DNA of 59,391 nucleotides, taken from NCBI RefSeq assembly GCF_001194135.2, contig NC_068987.1, positions 732,795 to 792,185 of the forward strand. Reading direction: 5' to 3'. Below, one piece after another: positions 39,686 to 51,698 of the stretch. The first letter of the stretch is position 1. Each line of letters opens with the position of its first letter. The position numbers and the translations under genes were made by a program. The notes beneath the pieces are model-generated. The model worked only from the letters and a program-made list of their open reading frames with translations. It was not told where the DNA came from and ran no database searches. The stretch comes from Octopus bimaculoides (lineage: Eukaryota).

Positions 39686-39989
39686 ATGTACCCAGAGTTA
39701 CCTGTATGCATACACACACTTATAAACGCATATACATATGTGCATACATCCACGCATGTATATGTGTTTATATATATATATATATATATATATCTTAGTG
39801 ACTATCAGGTTCATTTGATAGTGAAGACGAGTATGCTGTAGTTACTGGAAGCCACTATCAGTTTATGGTGAAGCTGCATGCTATACGTGTCGATGGCAAC
39901 TCTATTAATCTGTGTGTTTAGCCGATGATTTAATAAGGCAGAGTGTTACGTGGAGAATGTAGAATCGATGATTCGATTTGGCCGTTAAT

Positions 39990-40120
39990 AAACTTGATTT
40001 CTAGCAATGGAATGTCTGCCAATGTTTTCTAGAAGAAATTCTTCAAATCAGCGCCATCTACCAGGAGTCTATGGAATTCTTCAAAGCATCGCTTTGTATC
40101 CACACATTCCCACCAACGAA
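39990..40120 (+). mobile_element. Penelope-like RT fragment
   Basis: HLPGVYGILQSIALYPHIPTNE resembles the PLE motif LP...LVS.DV.SLYP.IP..E. Confidence 0.4.
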
Positions 40121-40186
40121 TATATATATATATATATATGCATGTATACACACACATATGCACAACACACCTATATACATACACAC

Positions 40187-40217
<31 letters not shown>

Positions 40218-40269
40218 AATATATATATGCACATACACACATATCATATATATATAGAACATTTATGTG

Positions 40270-41230
40270 TACGGGGTAACCGAGAAGATAAGAGAGACGA
40301 TGAGGAGGTAGGGGAAAATAGCGTAAAAAATAGACAAAATAGGGCAAAATGAAAGGAATTTAAAGAGAGAAGTAGGGGCTAGTGATAGTCTTAAAGTGTA
40401 TAGGTGTTGGGGAGGAAATCTAGTATTAAATACTTGTGTCCGTTTTGGCTAAGGTCAGTGGCTGTAGAGTTATTTTTAGCAATGGGGTTATGTGTGTGTA
40501 AGGAATCGAGAATGGAGGAGATATTTGAATGTTAAATTATTCATGGGTGGGAGTTAGAATTAGATATTAGGGGATTTATTAGGTTAAAGTTTAAAAATAA
40601 ATTAGGGATAAATTAAAGAATTAATATTTATTTCATAAAGTAATGAGGTAAGTTAGATAGAAGAGATGTAAGTGATGAGGTAGAAAAACGAGATGTAGAG
40701 ATATAGGAGAGATAGAAGAGATATAGAGGGTCATATATTAATGATCATAAGGGTTTGTATGTAGGGGCTAAGAATTTAAAAATGCGAAAGAATTTGTGCT
40801 TACACGTAGTGAAGGCCACGTTTTATTTATTAAGCAATTCTGGTGAGTTGTGGGTTAACATTTTGAGTTCTCCTTTTAAGCAGAGTCTATAACTGGAGTG
40901 TTGGCCCTGATATGGAATACCTAAGTCTATTATAGCCCAGGAAAGTTTATATTGTATTTTTCTATTAATTAGAGGTGTGCGTGGGTGTTTAGCGATGTGG
41001 AATTGCTATTCTCTTTATATTTAAACGAGTTCAAATGTGCATAATATCTTTGCTTAAAATTGTGCTAGATCCAATGTAGTACATACAGGAGTTATTTACT
41101 ATGTTGTGAACGGTGAATGGTATCTGACGTTGAATCACCTCCATTGGGCTTGCAGCGAGCAGTCTGTCCTTGATCTGCAGTTGTAGTTATTTGTTCTACG
41201 ATGGTTAATTGGAGAGAGAGATAGCCTGTG
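40270..41230 (-). mobile_element. Penelope-like GIY-YIG endonuclease domain plus 3' region
   Basis: NYNCRSRTDCSLQ, MYYIGSS, FKQRYYAHLNSFKYKENSNSTSLNTH, YKLSWAII...PY...RLCL..ELK.L...LLNK*...TCKHK (Cys/His-rich PLE endonuclease pattern), followed by a pyrimidine-rich UTR. Confidence 0.85.
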
Positions 41231-41286
41231 AACTGAACACCCATACTTTGTTTGTGTGTGTGTGTGTATATATGTGTGTGTGCGTG

Positions 41287-41318
<32 letters not shown>

Positions 41319-41796
41319 AGTGTAAGTTCCAGGGATCAAGATGTAGGCAGAATGTTAGGTTCCAGCAATCCGTATTAAATTAAAAAAAACACACATATAT
41401 ATATACACACACATATGTATATATCCAAGTGCATGTATATATGAATCTCCTTAATATATTTTATATGTAAAAGGATTGTAGAACAAAAGTTTGTTCATAC
41501 TACTTCTGGATATACTGAATAAATGCAATTGTAGAAGAAACAAGAATTCATTTTAGAAAATATTCATATCTGCAGATAAATATATTTGCCAAAGTCTGAG
41601 GCTTACAGCAAGTAACATTTGAATAAATTTAGTTGACAAATCGCCTTGAAATGTAGTACTGTTGCGTAAGAAATGCTTGAATAGGCTGGATGAATTATTG
41701 CTGGATGTAACATAATACAGTGTACGGCAAGAAAACCCATAACAGCACCCTGCCGCAAGTGAAGTCAGGCAGTTGGTAATGGTGCCCTCTGCGACC

Positions 41797-41850
<54 letters not shown>

Positions 41851-41884
41851 TAATTTGCTGATGACTCTTTGGTTTGTTTTGCAG

Positions 41885-41925
41885 TTATCATCATGGCTTG
41901 GACTGTTGCACACGCTGTCCTCCTT
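41885..41925 (+). CDS. Candidate exon; possibly first coding exon (MAWTVAHAVLL, signal-peptide-like)
   Basis: Branch-like ctgatgac, then ggtttgttttgcag| acceptor; ATC-ATG-G strong Kozak context at 41893; weak donor gtacga at 41926. All three frames are open across the exon. Confidence 0.35.
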
Positions 41926-41981
41926 GTACGATTGCTTATTATTGCAAAGTGTAACCCATTCATTATAATATAATATATATT

Positions 41982-42140
41982 GGGTTTAAATTTTGACACA
42001 AAGCCAGCAATTTTGGAGAAGGGGATAGTGTCAATTACATTCACCACAGTGTTCAACAGGTGATAATTTATCGATCCCGAAAGGATCAAACACCGCTTAA
42101 CCGATTGACCAGCGTGCTAAAGATTTTGTCACCTGGCCCC
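41982..42140 (-). mobile_element. tRNA-derived SINE, family A (degenerate)
   Basis: aaattttgacacaaagccagcaattttgg...tttatcgatcccgaaaggat...agcgtgctaa. Confidence 0.65.
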
Positions 42141-42314
42141 TTAATAAGAACAACGGGTTCTGATGTCAATCTCTGAAGAATGAAAGGCAAAGCAAATCCT
42201 GTGCAGATATACACCCGCAGAAGTTTCTGCAGCTGCGTATATACATACACAAATATGTATATATACAGGCTTCCATATATGGACACATGTATACACATGT
42301 ACATAAATAGCCAT

Positions 42315-42351
<37 letters not shown>

Positions 42352-42488
42352 NNNNNNNNNNNNNNNNNNNNNNNNNNNNNNNNNNNNNNNNNNNNNNNNN
42401 NNNNNNNNNNNNNNNNNNNNNNNNNNNNNNNNNNNNNNNNNNNNNNNNNNNNNNNNNNNNNNNNNNNNNNNNNNNNNNNNNNNNNNNN

Positions 42489-42521
<33 letters not shown>

Positions 42522-42532
42522 CGTATATGCAA

Positions 42533-42566
<34 letters not shown>

Positions 42567-43370
42567 TCACAGATACGCACAGATATACATACATCAACAT
42601 TAAGCAATGCTCAAATGTGCAGCATTTAGGAAGAGAAACTTTCATATACTCAGAAATAGATATTCATACACGCATACTTACACAGTCTGCTGGACATACA
42701 CTCCAGACGCAGAAACAGACACACTTATGACATAATGTGTATACACACACAAAATACACATATAGATATTCCGCTAATTTCAAACGAACGTATATTCACA
42801 TGCACATATATACGAATGCTCGTATATAGACACTCACGTATAAACAGACAAACGTGGAATTTCATTATTAACGAAGTACATAAAAAATGTATAAACAAAG
42901 TCGCGGAATAAAGAGTCTTACGAAAAAAAGGCACTGAAAAACGAAACGAATCAAAAAGTATAAAAGCAAATTTGAAAAGATATGAATAAGAACGTGAGCG
43001 GTAAAAAGAAGAAAAGAAAATGAAAGAGAAGAGAGAAAGAAGAATAAAATGAGAAGGAAGAAGAAATAAGCAACGTATCAGCAGGAAGGATCAACGCAGA
43101 TATTTTAGTGAGTTTTCTTATCAAAGTTTTCCACTGAGTAACAGGTAAATGCCATCGCATCAGGTGTACATCAATGAGTTCTATCTGGAACACCACACAC
43201 ATGAACACACACACACGCGGGCACACAAACATTCACTCACTCAAACACATACATGAAAAAGCGGCTCACACACAGATATATAAACACTCACATAAACACA
43301 TATGCATACATATATCCATACAAATATGTAAATACAAATATACATAGATACATGCATACATACACACACA

Positions 43371-43412
<42 letters not shown>

Positions 43413-44014
43413 NNNNNNNNNNNNNNNNNNNNNNNNNNNNNNNNNNNNNNNNNNNNNNNNNNNNNNNNNNNNNNNNNNNNNNNNNNNNNNNNNNNNNNNN
43501 NNNNNNNNNNNNNNNNNNNNNNNNNNNNNNNNNNNNNNNNNNNNNNNNNNNNNNNNNNNNNNNNNNNNNNNNNNNNNNNNNNNNNNNNNNNNNNNNNNNN
43601 NNNNNNNNNNNNNNNNNNNNNNNNNNNNNNNNNNNNNNNNNNNNNNNNNNNNNNNNNNNNNNNNNNNNNNNNNNNNNNNNNNNNNNNNNNNNNNNNNNNN
43701 NNNNNNNNNNNNNNNNNNNNNNNNNNNNNNNNNNNNNNNNNNNNNNNNNNNNNNNNNNNNNNNNNNNNNNNNNNNNNNNNNNNNNNNNNNNNNNNNNNNN
43801 NNNNNNNNNNNNNNNNNNNNNNNNNNNNNNNNNNNNNNNNNNNNNNNNNNNNNNNNNNNNNNNNNNNNNNNNNNNNNNNNNNNNNNNNNNNNNNNNNNNN
43901 NNNNNNNNNNNNNNNNNNNNNNNNNNNNNNNNNNNNNNNNNNNNNNNNNNNNNNNNNNNNNNNNNNNNNNNNNNNNNNNNNNNNNNNNNNNNNNNNNNNN
44001 NNNNNNNNNNNNNN

Positions 44015-44065
<51 letters not shown>

Positions 44066-44379
44066 TAGATAGATATACGCGCATGCGCATATACTCACAT
44101 ACGAATGTGAATGATACGAGTGTGTATTCGCGTTTTGTTTTAGAATCAGTAAATGAACAGCTAAACAAAGGCTTATATAATTAGCCATCTCGCAAGGGAA
44201 GGTTTGTATAGCATTTCTTGGGACATATAAAGCTTTAATACACTTGAATTCAATTTGCAATATTTTCGTTTTCTTTTCGAAGCAACTAAACATTTTCTTC
44301 TTGAATTATTCTACTTTACCTGCGCTCTTTCATGTGAATCATTTCACTTTCGTGTCGTATTAACGTCTTTTGTAACAAT

Positions 44380-45010
44380 TGATCTGAGATATGTTTGAAA
44401 AGATTTCTGAAATGTATAAACCTAGTGGAATCCTCTACAAGTCTCCTGCAACAGACAAAATCGCCAGCAAATCACTCTTTGCTGTTATATATTTGTATAT
44501 AATGACACTAGCGTGGTCAACCTTTTAGACGTTACTCTAGACTTAAATATAAATCTATATTTCCGTTTTCACAAACCTAATCAATCTTTATAATATATCA
44601 ACGTCCTATCAAACCACCCTAAGCTTACTCTTAAGAGTATAATCACAGGCATTTCAAACAGAATCTCCAATTTACTTTGTAATGAAGAAATTTTCAACAG
44701 TCATGCCCCTTGTATTCAGGCTCTCCAGGTAAGTTGCTTCCGTGAAAAAATCTCCTATATTCCCAGTACCAAACTTCAAACAAAGATTGCATTTCTACTT
44801 AATACTAACTCCGAATCTTCCAGCCCTTCCTCCACTCCACATCAATACAAAAAAAGACGTTCCTACGAATCGCACTCGACAGCTCCACTAGCCACCTCGA
44901 ACCCATAATAACCATAAGCCTTCCTATCTAGATCCACTCTCTATAACCACACACTCTAAACATTCTAAGAGAAAGGAGCGGGAGATTTTACGTTTTACAC
45001 TTGTGTTTGT
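44380..45010 (+). mobile_element. Penelope-like RT C-terminal/thumb fragment
   Basis: VNLLDVTLDL..NLYFRFHKPNQSL*YINVLSNHPKLTLKSIITGISNRISNLLCNEEIFN...ALQVS.FREKISY...KRKEREILRF, matching the PLE pattern NFLDVT..KP..SNHP..RIS.LS.NE. Confidence 0.85.
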
Positions 45011-45323
45011 TTTCGAATCTCGTGTTTCTCCGTTTAATTCCACCGCGCAGCGCTCTGGTAGTGTCCGCTTCTGTAGAATCCAGTAGACTTTAAAATTTTA
45101 ATTGAAACTGGCTGAACCGTGTTTCGTAGGAATCCAGTCAAATACTTTGTATCCGCTGTTGGTCAGCTGATCTAATTGGTTACTAGGTTTTAACAACCCC
45201 ACCTCCTCCATGAACAGTCTCCAATATATTGTAAGAATTTGAGCCAAATGCTTTGTCTTAGAATCACTCAATCATGAATTTCACTGCCCTCAAGCTGCAG
45301 CAAAATAAATCGTGATTTCGTAT

Positions 45324-45842
45324 TTATTTTGCACCTGTATTAGAAATTAAAAAAACGACTGTGCATGGCGCTGTCATTTTCCCTATCACCTGGTCTCTAT
45401 CCTCATATATTAGTTTCAAATCTCTAATTTGAACAGAGTTAATAATGTTCTCTTTCAAACTCTCAACCTTAATATTCTTAAATGACTCGCACAGAAGATG
45501 AAAACCATTCACCATTGTGACCGTTTTCAATGTTTCTGGAGCTGGTGAGTGGAAGAGTCCTCTGAGCAAGTATCTCAAAAATGTTTGAGATAGAATCGGA
45601 ACACTTAAAGGACAATCAAAGAGGGTGGCACTCGCATTAAAAGGGTCAACAGAATAAACCTTACCACACCTCACTAACAGAAACCTTCCTTGCGACGGGC
45701 CAACCACATATTTTGTTTGTAAGATTTTCCTTCGAAGGCCCAGCACAAGCTGAGTCAAAGGTAGAATATCATCCATTAATGCTGCAAAGTGAGAACCTAC
45801 ACTCATGAATGTGCCAAGTGAACTCCAGAGCCAGCTGAACCT
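45324..45842 (-). CDS. Unassigned 172-codon open frame (exon, TE gene or pseudogene)
   Basis: Non-repetitive open frame from 45842 to the stop at 45326-45324; acceptor-like ctgactaaag| at 45841; CAG|GTGATA donor-like site near 45391. No family recognised. Confidence 0.35.
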   Translation of the reverse strand, partial: RFSWLWSSLGTFMSVGSHFAALMDDILPLTQLVLGLRRKILQTKYVVGPSQGRFLLVRCGKVYSVDPFNASATLFDCPLSVPILSQTFLRYLLRGLFHSPAPETLKTVTMVNGFHLLCESFKNIKVESLKENIINSVQIRDLKLIYEDRDQVIGKMTAPCTVVFLISNTGAK

Positions 45843-46294
45843 TTAGTCAGTTTACTATGATCGATATATCATTGTATCGATTATATAATAAAACATTATT
45901 GTCAGATCACAATCTCTGATTTTACGTTTAATGTTTGTAATGAAAATTTTATATTCCACACTAAATGCCATTTGTAGATATTTCAATTCTGCAGGGAGTC
46001 ATATCAATGCCTTTGTCATATTTCACGTTAGAAGCTCATAGAAACAACCAAACAAACAAACTATACGAATTGTAAAAATATATTTATACATAATCATAAT
46101 TGTTAATAGGAGAAAATAACAACATTATTTCATAATTCTATTTAAGAATTTAGGAATTAATGGTAGATATGTCATCATTCTGCGAGGGAAGCCTTACTTT
46201 GCTCTCTGCTAGCATCGTATTGAAATACGGATTCTTGAAGCTGACAAATATATATTTCATATAAACCTTCACCTAAATTAGATAATGTTTGTTG

Positions 46295-46374
<80 letters not shown>

Positions 46375-46729
46375 TGTGTATATGAATGTATATATTTATG
46401 TATATATATGCATATATATATATATACACACATAGATGAATACATAGACACACACACACACACACGCCGGCGCGCACGCACACAATAATATACGTATATA
46501 TCGTTTTTCATTTATGTTTTCTAAATTGTTTTGCTACACTGAATCAATATTATTTGGGATAGAAGCAAAACATCGGGACGTGTCCACAGTTTGGATAGGA
46601 CGCTAAATTCAATATGGAACTATCAAATTATTGGAAATTTACTGAAAAATCAGCCAGATTCCTCTCGTTCTATCAGACGTTATTGTATTTGCAATACTTA
46701 CCAAACACAAACGATTACAACAGGTGATT

Positions 46730-46870
46730 CGACTTGCTGGAAATAGTAGACATATGGCTTACATTTCACGCCAAATCTGTTTTTATAATGGCTGGGCATG
46801 TTGAATAATATATCAATCCCAGCTGAGAAGAAATTTTGATAAAAGACATTCCAGCCTTGACAGTTCAATT
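46730..46870 (+). repeat. Dispersed repeat family C copy
   Basis: ttgctggaaatagtagac...gggcatgttgaataat...aaaagacattccagccttgac. Confidence 0.5.
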
Positions 46871-48434
46871 ATTTCAGAGCTACTCTCTCCGGTGCCTTAT
46901 TTCGATGTATTTTTTACATTCGAAATTTGGGTTGTAATTCAGGGGTGATACGGCTGCTGTTTCAAGCAAATCGAATGACCGCGCACAAACTCTATCGTTT
47001 CATCCATGAGAATATAACTTCCGGTATTTACAGCGTAATTGCCTTCATGAACAAACGTCAGTCAAAGTTTCATTACCACATGCGCGCGCGTGTGCATATA
47101 TTTCTACATATGATGGACATTATTGTATTAATCTACAAAGATTGTAGATTATGTATTAATCTACAAAGTCCTGTCAAATGTCTGATTTGTTGATTGTCAA
47201 CAATAAATATGTGCATTAATTAAGGAAAATACTGAAATTATATCCCGTTTGTTTAAGCGGTCTTATGATACTTCAGCATAAAATTACTTGTATCCAGATC
47301 TCAACGAAAATAAGCTACAAAACGCATTTTGACAGAGTGCGACAAAAGAAGCCACCCACGTTTTGCAAGTTGACAAACGTTTCTGTGGCAAGCGCCCTAT
47401 CCACATCATAACGAGTCACTAAAAAAATAAACGATAAACTTCAACTCCATGACAACACCATTATAACTAACTTTGTTAGCGCCACTTTAATGTCAGTGAA
47501 ACATGTGACGTTTTCCTACTCCGCCCTCACCATCTGAACCTTCTGTACACTTGACTATTTAGTGATGCTCATTATTAAGACTTACATGAATAAGTTCATT
47601 TATTGGCCTAAATTATTTCATTTACTGCTCTTTACAGATTAAAACTATCCAAGACAGAACTAAATTTATATGAATGCACAAAAACTTTACAATGACAGTT
47701 TCACTTGTAAACCTGGCATTTTCGTTTCTGTTTTTCCAAAAAGAGATTCAGTCTGGAAAGGTCAAACTCGCTACATCGTTGACCACAACGAAATATATTT
47801 AAAGCACCACGAGTCCTTCTGAGTTCCGTGTTACCTGTAAAGGCCATCACGTATTTCCTTCAAATCTAGATTACCATAAATTGCTTGCTTCTAAATTGAT
47901 GGCACAATACGACAGTTTCCGATAACAACTAGAGGCTCGTTTATAATTGAATAGTAAGAGAGGACAGCACTAAATTACCTTCAACATTTGATATAAATAA
48001 ACGGTGAACATCTCACCAGAATTAGTCTCCCGATTAGTAATCTCTATAATGGAAACACATGGCTTCGAGAGAAGTCAAAACTTTACCTCCAAAATTAGTG
48101 ATGGTGTTTGTTTTATTTTATCTTATTTTTACCAGAGTCATCAACCATCTTCTGGTATGGCCTGGTATTCAAAGTCAGGAATTTGTTATCTTTTATTCTG
48201 AAATATACTTCTAGAGTTAACTAATAATATATTAGGGCTAATATTTACGTCAGGGGTGTGTTGTGGGGATGGTGGGAGGGAGAAGGTTTACGTGTATAAG
48301 AAGCAGTAAGTGAGGATAAGTAAGAGGTAGGAAGGTAGAGGACGGAATGGAGAGGATGGGGAAGTGGGGAGAAGAGGAACGATGAGAATTATAAGAGAGG
48401 GAAAGAAATAGAGGTAAGCAGAGGAAAATCTAAA

Positions 48435-48435
48435 T

Positions 48436-48486
<51 letters not shown>

Positions 48487-48489
48487 CAC

Positions 48490-48530
<41 letters not shown>
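48435..48530. repeat. Inverted trinucleotide array (TAC)n-(TAG)n
   Basis: A TAC run switches at ccactagtag to its reverse complement. Confidence 0.9.
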
Positions 48531-48649
48531 CCACCACCACCACCATCATTACCCCACCACTGCTACTTCAACTTCTACAGCAACTACTACAACACTATAT
48601 ACATGTATATATAAACTCAATCATACACAGACGTATATATATATATATA

Positions 48650-48680
<31 letters not shown>

Positions 48681-48687
<7 letters not shown>

Positions 48688-48946
48688 TATTTAAAACAAT
48701 TTGATTCGGTTTCATTGTACTTCAAGATTCGCAGGCCCCTAACGCGGATGCCCGACTCTTTCAGGTTTTGAATTGCTGATTGAAAACAAGGGCCAATAAC
48801 AGCCCAGCTTTCGGTAGCCATCTTAAACATCCTGTATCACTTCATGCGGCAATCCAAAGCCTGAAATCGTCGGGCTCCCGTTTTGGGTTCTGCGAAACTT
48901 GAAGTAGCATGGAAACCGAATCAAAATGTTTTAAATATTACATCTA
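48681..48946. mobile_element. MITE-like imperfect palindrome (~96-bp arms, ~72-bp spacer)
   Basis: Left arm tatttaaaacaatttgattcggtttcattgtacttcaagattcgcaggcccctaacgcggatgcccgactctttcaggttttgaattgc matches the reverse complement of 48849-48937 along its length. Confidence 0.7.
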
Positions 48947-49654
48947 ACTCCTACTGTTTTGAGCAGTCTTTTCTATCGTTTGTCCACTCAACTCACTCGT
49001 ATATATATACATACATATATATATATATANNNNNNNNNNNNNNNNNNNNNNNNNNNNNNNNNNNNNNNNNNNNNNNNNNNNNNNNNNNNNNNNNNNNNNN
49101 NNNNNNNNNNNNNNNNNNNNNNNNNNNNNNNNNNNNNNNNNNNNNNNNNNNNNNNNNNNNNNNNNNNNNNNNNNNNNNNNNNNNNNNNNNNNNNNNNNNN
49201 NNNNNNNNNNNNNNNNNNNNNNNNNNNNNNNNNNNNNNNNNNNNNNNNNNNNNNNNNNNNNNNNNNNNNNNNNNNNNNNNNNNNNNNNNNNNNNNNNNNN
49301 NNNNNNNNNNNNNNNNNNNNNNNNNNNNNNNNNNNNNNNNNNNNNNNNNNNNNNNNNNNNNNNNNNNNNNNNNNNNNNNNNNNNNNNNNNNNNNNNNNNN
49401 NNNNNNNNNNNNNNNNNNNNNNNNNNNNNNNNNNNNNNNNNNNNNNNNNNNNNNNNNNNNNNNNNNNNNNNNNNNNNNNNNNNNNNNNNNNNNNNNNNNN
49501 NNNNNNNNNNNNNNNNNNNNNNNNNNNNNNNNNNNNNNNNNNNNNNNNNNNNNNNNNNNNNNNNNNNNNNNNNNNNNNNNNNNNNNNNNNNNNNNNNNNN
49601 NNNNNNNNNNNNNNNNNNNNNNNNNNNNNNNNNNNNNNNNNNNNNNNNNNNNNN

Positions 49655-49687
<33 letters not shown>

Positions 49688-51049
49688 TTGCGTGTGTACA
49701 TGTGAGTGTATATTTATATATATAGATATACATCCATGAGTGCAAGAGAAACGGAAATGAAATATGGAGGAGTGGAAATAAGGAATATAATCTATCTAAA
49801 TCTTAATCAGTTTGAAATTAATCCGTGCTCTGTCATAAAATGTTAATATCCCAATATTGCATTCTTCAGCGTTACGTTGACTGGTTGCGCTCAAAGAAGC
49901 CAAGGAGAATATCGCTGAGTTAAGACGAAGAACATAACTTTTTAAAAATCGGGATTAGCTGACTGACACAGGCGTTATCCTATTAGAGATGTAATATATA
50001 CTGTAAACTGTCAGCGATTCAGTTTAACCGAAAATGTACACTGTGTGTGTTTGTGTGTGTGTGTGCGTGTGTGTGTGTTATGCGCATCATATCTACATAC
50101 ATACATATGTGTATCTTTCCATTTAAGTATATACGTATAATTCTAAATATAGACATATGACATATACACATATGCCTCTGCACATATCTATGCACACATA
50201 GATACATACATGCATATATATATATATATATATATATAGTCTACATACGCATAAACGCAAATTATCGAATTGTTTTCTCATCTCAGGATGTGTCAACGAA
50301 TATACATTACTCACTTGTGATGAGATGTCGTGTGGATTATCTCTAACGAAACAAGAAACCACCAACATTTTTTTGAAAATAGGATCAATGATAAAGTGGA
50401 CCATTTCCCCGCCCTTCATGTGATAGCTCTGCTGTAGGCATTGTGGTGTGCAAGAAAGCACTCCTAAGGAATAAATATGGGAATGAAAGAAGGGCATCCA
50501 ACGCTGGATAATTTCATGGATGCCATTACTTCAAACGTAGATACTATGCAAGATGTAAAACCCTCGCATGTCAATACAGTGAACTATTTTAGTAATATTG
50601 AATGAATATCACAACTGTCTTGATGCAAAATATCACAATATATTCATAATAAGGGTTGAAAATAAGGAATCCCGTTTTGAAATGGGATTTGAAATAGAGA
50701 ACAGTTTATCACGGATTTTGGAGATATCTAGGCAATTCCTTCCACAAAGGGTCAAGAGGGGTCATACAATTGGGGCTCAATTGACACAGAGACGTACAAC
50801 CAATCACAAATGCTGCGATGCATCTAATCTTCTCTTACACGAAAAAGGAAATAAGTGTGGCGTTCCGCAACAGCAGGGTTTGTTTCGAGAACTTGATCTT
50901 TTAACAGAGCTTGAAACGTTGCTTTATGATATATGGCATGTTTTATAAATATGCCTGTTCAAGTATCATAATAGCATGAAACTATTAGTAATTCTATCGG
51001 CTGTGCATTTAATATGATACACACACACACACGCATGCACGCACGCACA

Positions 51050-51490
51050 TAAAAATCCTGGAGGTTTGAGAAGTGAATACATTTATTTACCAACTTGATA
51101 TCCGTAGGATTACGACCGTTTCACAACCTTCATGATGTAATAATAAATTTAGCGTATACGTAATAAATCATTTTACATATTTGCACCAATATCCTTGCTA
51201 CTACACACACAATACAATTGTATATTCACAAATCAATGCAGATAGAAAACTAGTTGAAGTACTGGTTTAACCAAAATGTTCTGACGTTCTGTTGAGTTAG
51301 TCTTCTCTATCTGTAATTGCACAATTGTACTGTGCAGTGTATAACATGCTTATAGGTGCAGATATGTAAACGTAATCTATTATACACTTAAATTATTATT
51401 ACAAGATGAAGGCTTCGAAACAGCCGTAATCCTACAGATATCAAGTGACTAAATGAATATATTCACTTCGCATACTTCTGGATTTCTATG
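51050..51490. repeat. ~440-bp degenerate fold-back, probably PLE-derived
   Basis: Arms match by eye throughout: ggattt, tattcacttc, gtaatcctac.gatatcaag, tttacatat.tgcacc, tacaattgt and cagataga. Centre at about 51270. Confidence 0.75.
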
Positions 51491-51656
51491 GTTTAGACTC
51501 CGCTCATGAAATAATTTCATCCATAGGATCTTCTGGATTTCACTTGCAAAGAACTCTTGCGTATTAGATTAAAATGTGGTTTCGTAGCCGGATCCACTAG
51601 AGGAATTTTTCTGATTGCCACTAGATTCTATGAACCCATATACTGAGCTACAAATT

Positions 51657-51698
<42 letters not shown>

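Noticed and set aside
50598-50948. 116-aa ORF with RVKR and CC...C, suggestive of an insulin-like A chain
   Set aside because: Lacks the CC-x3-C-x8-C spacing, a B chain and a signal peptide; no family recognised.
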